Part shown: positions 61,729 to 64,000 of the stretch, piece after piece
How positions within the stretch are numbered: the stretch's first letter is position 1
Layout: each line of letters starts with the position of its first letter
From: an uncultured bacterium
GTDB taxonomy: Bacteria > UBA8481
DNA length: 64,000 nucleotides
NCBI GenBank assembly: GCA_964499705.1
Contig: CAZCME010000011.1
Coordinates: 62,001 to 126,000 of the forward strand
Direction of reading: 5' to 3'
Made by a program: the position numbers and the translations under genes
The notes under the pieces: model-generated
The model's database searches: none
What the model saw: only the letters and a program-made list of their open reading frames with translations
What the model was told of the DNA's origin: nothing

Positions 61729-63282
61729 GTGAATTCGCCATCGTCCGGATTCGTTTTCTTGCTGGTTGCGGGCAGCCTTGCGCTGCCCGCGCTTGCGGTC
61801 GCGGAATCCCTCTGGCTGGATGTCAAGCCCGGGACACCGGTTGGCGTGTCCTGGGCCGGGGCCGAGACCATGACGCTCATCGAGGAGGCGTCGGCATCCG
61901 GCAGGACGCAGGAGGAAGCGACGCGCGCCGCGGTGGTCATGGCTCGCCTCAAGCTCTCCTCCTCCTTCGGCATGTCATCGCTTCGCGAGCGAGTCGTCGT
62001 CAGCGAAGATCTCTCCTCTTCGTCATCATCTTCTCGCATGTCGCGTGATGCGTTCGCGGACAAAGTTTCTCCGGATTTACCCATGTCGCTCCTTCGTGCG
62101 ATCAGAATTTCATACTCGGAACTTCATGACGCTGATCGCACGAGTTTCATGGCTCGGGCAACGCTGGGTCTGCCTGCCCAAAATCTGGAGGACGCGCGGC
62201 GCCGGGCTCTGGAAACGTTGAAAGATTTACGCTCGGCCGCAGAAAGGGAGCAATCGAACCAGCGCGATGCCATCATGCGCCAGGGGATAGCGGCGCTGCA
62301 ACGCGCGCGCACCTCGGTCGGGGTCTCGAACTGCATCGAAGAGATCGCGGCGATCGAAGGTTCGTTGGAGGAAGCGGCCAATCTCGGGGTTCCGACGCCT
62401 CAAACCGAATCGCTTCGTACTTCTTGTCGTGTTGGCCGCGAGTGGATCCAGAGATACACGAATCATACATTCAACTGTGACATCATCGAGTCCTCCTCGA
62501 CCGTGTCGCCTCTTGCTCGATTGATCGAGGCTAATGTGATACGGGAAGCCGGCATGCTTGGATTGACCGCACGCGTCCGTCATTTGATGGCGGGCTCCAT
62601 CCGTAGTAGTGCGACGCCTGGTTCGGGAAGCATGTTTCGCGTCGCGCGACGGACGACTCCCTCGCTGATCCGTCTTGCCGATTCGGCCGTCTTCTTTCCT
62701 AACGTCCGGTTTGCCCGCGACGTGAGCGATCGCGATTTCATGACGGAGGGCGCCGATCTCGAAATTAACCTTCCGACATTCGGTCCCGCGGAACGGGCTC
62801 TTTCAGCACTGGGGCCTTCGTCAGTGCCGGCCTTTGATGGTCTCGCGCGTTCGATTTCCATATTTTCCCGCGCCCGATTCAGAGCGATGCCCGATTTGTC
62901 GGCGGACACCGTGGAGGTTTCTGATCGGGCGCGTACTGGAAATCCTGATCGATCTCGGACCGGAGTTCTTCTTGCGATCGATAACGGTCACGGGCTTATT
63001 CACGTCGAAGGCCGGACCTGGGTCTGGGTCTGGCTGCCCAACGTCACCGATCCTGATCTTCCTGGGTGGCGTGTGATTGCGCCCGCTCTCCGGATCTATT
63101 CGAAGCCAGATGCCCGCGGCCTTCGCAGATGGATTCGCTCGGCGCGGCAGAACGAAGGATTTTTGTATCAGGGCGAGGGAGAGGAATGGTTGGAGTTGGC
63201 GGACGAGAGGGGGCGCGTGGTCTCTGTCTGGAAGAACGATTTGAACGGCTCGGCCGGAGGAGAGGGATGGGTGAATCCATGA
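61729..63282 (+). CDS. secreted hypothetical protein
   Basis: signal peptide ending AVA; operonic spacing. Confidence 0.65.
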   Translation: MNSPSSGFVFLLVAGSLALPALAVAESLWLDVKPGTPVGVSWAGAETMTLIEEASASGRTQEEATRAAVVMARLKLSSSFGMSSLRERVVVSEDLSSSSSSSRMSRDAFADKVSPDLPMSLLRAIRISYSELHDADRTSFMARATLGLPAQNLEDARRRALETLKDLRSAAEREQSNQRDAIMRQGIAALQRARTSVGVSNCIEEIAAIEGSLEEAANLGVPTPQTESLRTSCRVGREWIQRYTNHTFNCDIIESSSTVSPLARLIEANVIREAGMLGLTARVRHLMAGSIRSSATPGSGSMFRVARRTTPSLIRLADSAVFFPNVRFARDVSDRDFMTEGADLEINLPTFGPAERALSALGPSSVPAFDGLARSISIFSRARFRAMPDLSADTVEVSDRARTGNPDRSRTGVLLAIDNGHGLIHVEGRTWVWVWLPNVTDPDLPGWRVIAPALRIYSKPDARGLRRWIRSARQNEGFLYQGEGEEWLELADERGRVVSVWKNDLNGSAGGEGWVNP

Positions 63283-63935
63283 AGGCACTGGTATTGTTGA
63301 TTCTCATCATCATCATTTTCGTGAGCATCGTGACAAGCGTCCGCTCCGACTATCAGCATCAATTGCTTAACGCTCTGTTGGGTCGCGAAGCAAGCGCGGT
63401 TGCTCCCATATTGCCCGGAGTAGGGGCATCTCCGGATTCGATCGCGTTGATCGGATTGACCGGGGGCGCAATGGTGCCGCTCTACAGAGCGGCGGACCCT
63501 TTGTCATACGAAGCGACGCCGATCCGCTGGCTTCTTAAGCGCGATCTGGCTCGATATCATTTTGTCAGCGCTAGTCCGGATGGATTCCTTATCATCGCGG
63601 ATTCCAACGATACCACGAGGAATATCCGCGTCTTCGCGGGTGATGTCGCGCCTGATACGAAGGGCGATGTCGGTCTTGATCCCTTTGCGGATTCGCGAGC
63701 TCTTGTCGGTGATCAGGCCGTCGAGATCTTTGACATGGATCCAACCTCGAGGCTGTCCGCACCCGCTCATATTGTGACGTCCGGCGCGCTCATCACGCTC
63801 GCCTACATTCCCGATGACGCTCCAGATGCCGCGCCAACACCATTAGTGCTATGCCGGCGCAGTAACGGACGATTCATTACAGGTATTGTGCCGAAAGCCG
63901 TTCTTGAGCAATCCGAGGAGGCAGATCATGACTAG
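63279..63935 (+). CDS. membrane-anchored hypothetical protein
   Basis: MKALVLLILIIIIFVSIV; ATGA overlap. Confidence 0.65.
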   Translation: MKALVLLILIIIIFVSIVTSVRSDYQHQLLNALLGREASAVAPILPGVGASPDSIALIGLTGGAMVPLYRAADPLSYEATPIRWLLKRDLARYHFVSASPDGFLIIADSNDTTRNIRVFAGDVAPDTKGDVGLDPFADSRALVGDQAVEIFDMDPTSRLSAPAHIVTSGALITLAYIPDDAPDAAPTPLVLCRRSNGRFITGIVPKAVLEQSEEADHD

Positions 63936-64000
63936 AGTCATTCGCAATCTTCTCGTTCTTTTCACGCTATCCGCTGTGATAGCTCACTTCTGGCGACCGG
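63928..64000 (+). CDS. hypothetical exported protein (partial)
   Basis: RBS gaggagg, MTRVIRNLLVLFTLSAVIAHFWRP. Confidence 0.5.
   Translation, partial: MTRVIRNLLVLFTLSAVIAHFWRP

Larger units (their letters stand above)
17791..64000. mobile_element. putative genomic island integrated at tRNA-CAT (right end outside window)
   Basis: abrupt switch from housekeeping to accessory/hypothetical genes with visibly weaker GC3 bias immediately after the tRNA; excisionase-like HTH first; HipBA; no integrase seen. Confidence 0.65.

Noticed and set aside
17791-64000. Prophage
   Set aside because: Gp37/68, PcfJ-like and Xis-like genes are phage-associated, but no terminase, capsid, tail or lysis genes are recognisable

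Overview
Bacterial chromosomal window with two parts. (1) 1-17.8 kb is GC-rich housekeeping DNA: a DUF5939-type cyclase-associated gene (cut by the window edge), YkgJ Fe-S protein, DUF2225-cNMP fusion, mutY, cNMP protein, aquaporin, TrkA-type K+ channel, TatD, DUF348-G5-3D protein, thioredoxin/TPR lipoprotein, eno, crcB, NfeD-like/flotillin, aminotransferase, tRNA-Pro(TGG) and a tRNA-CAT. (2) From the 3' end of the tRNA-CAT (~17.8 kb) to the window end is an accessory island with no integrase or phage structural gene in view. It carries an excisionase-like HTH, a MoxR-AAA/metallopeptidase-vWA operon, ADP-ribosylglycohydrolase, GNAT, Macro domain, Gp37/Gp68, HipBA, two diverged copies of a PcfJ-like + metallophosphoesterase + FGE-sulfatase-fold cassette, a NitT/TauT ABC importer, three methyltransferases (one NDT-like/RsmF fusion, one receiver-fused), a sigma54 activator with no recognisable kinase, and an operon of unknown exported proteins. 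The most striking pattern is that six island operons are each headed by a correctly spaced and oriented sigma54 (-24/-12) motif and the island encodes its own activator, suggesting a self-contained sigma54 regulon over a putative conflict/stress arsenal. All family calls come from motif recognition by eye, not database searches.
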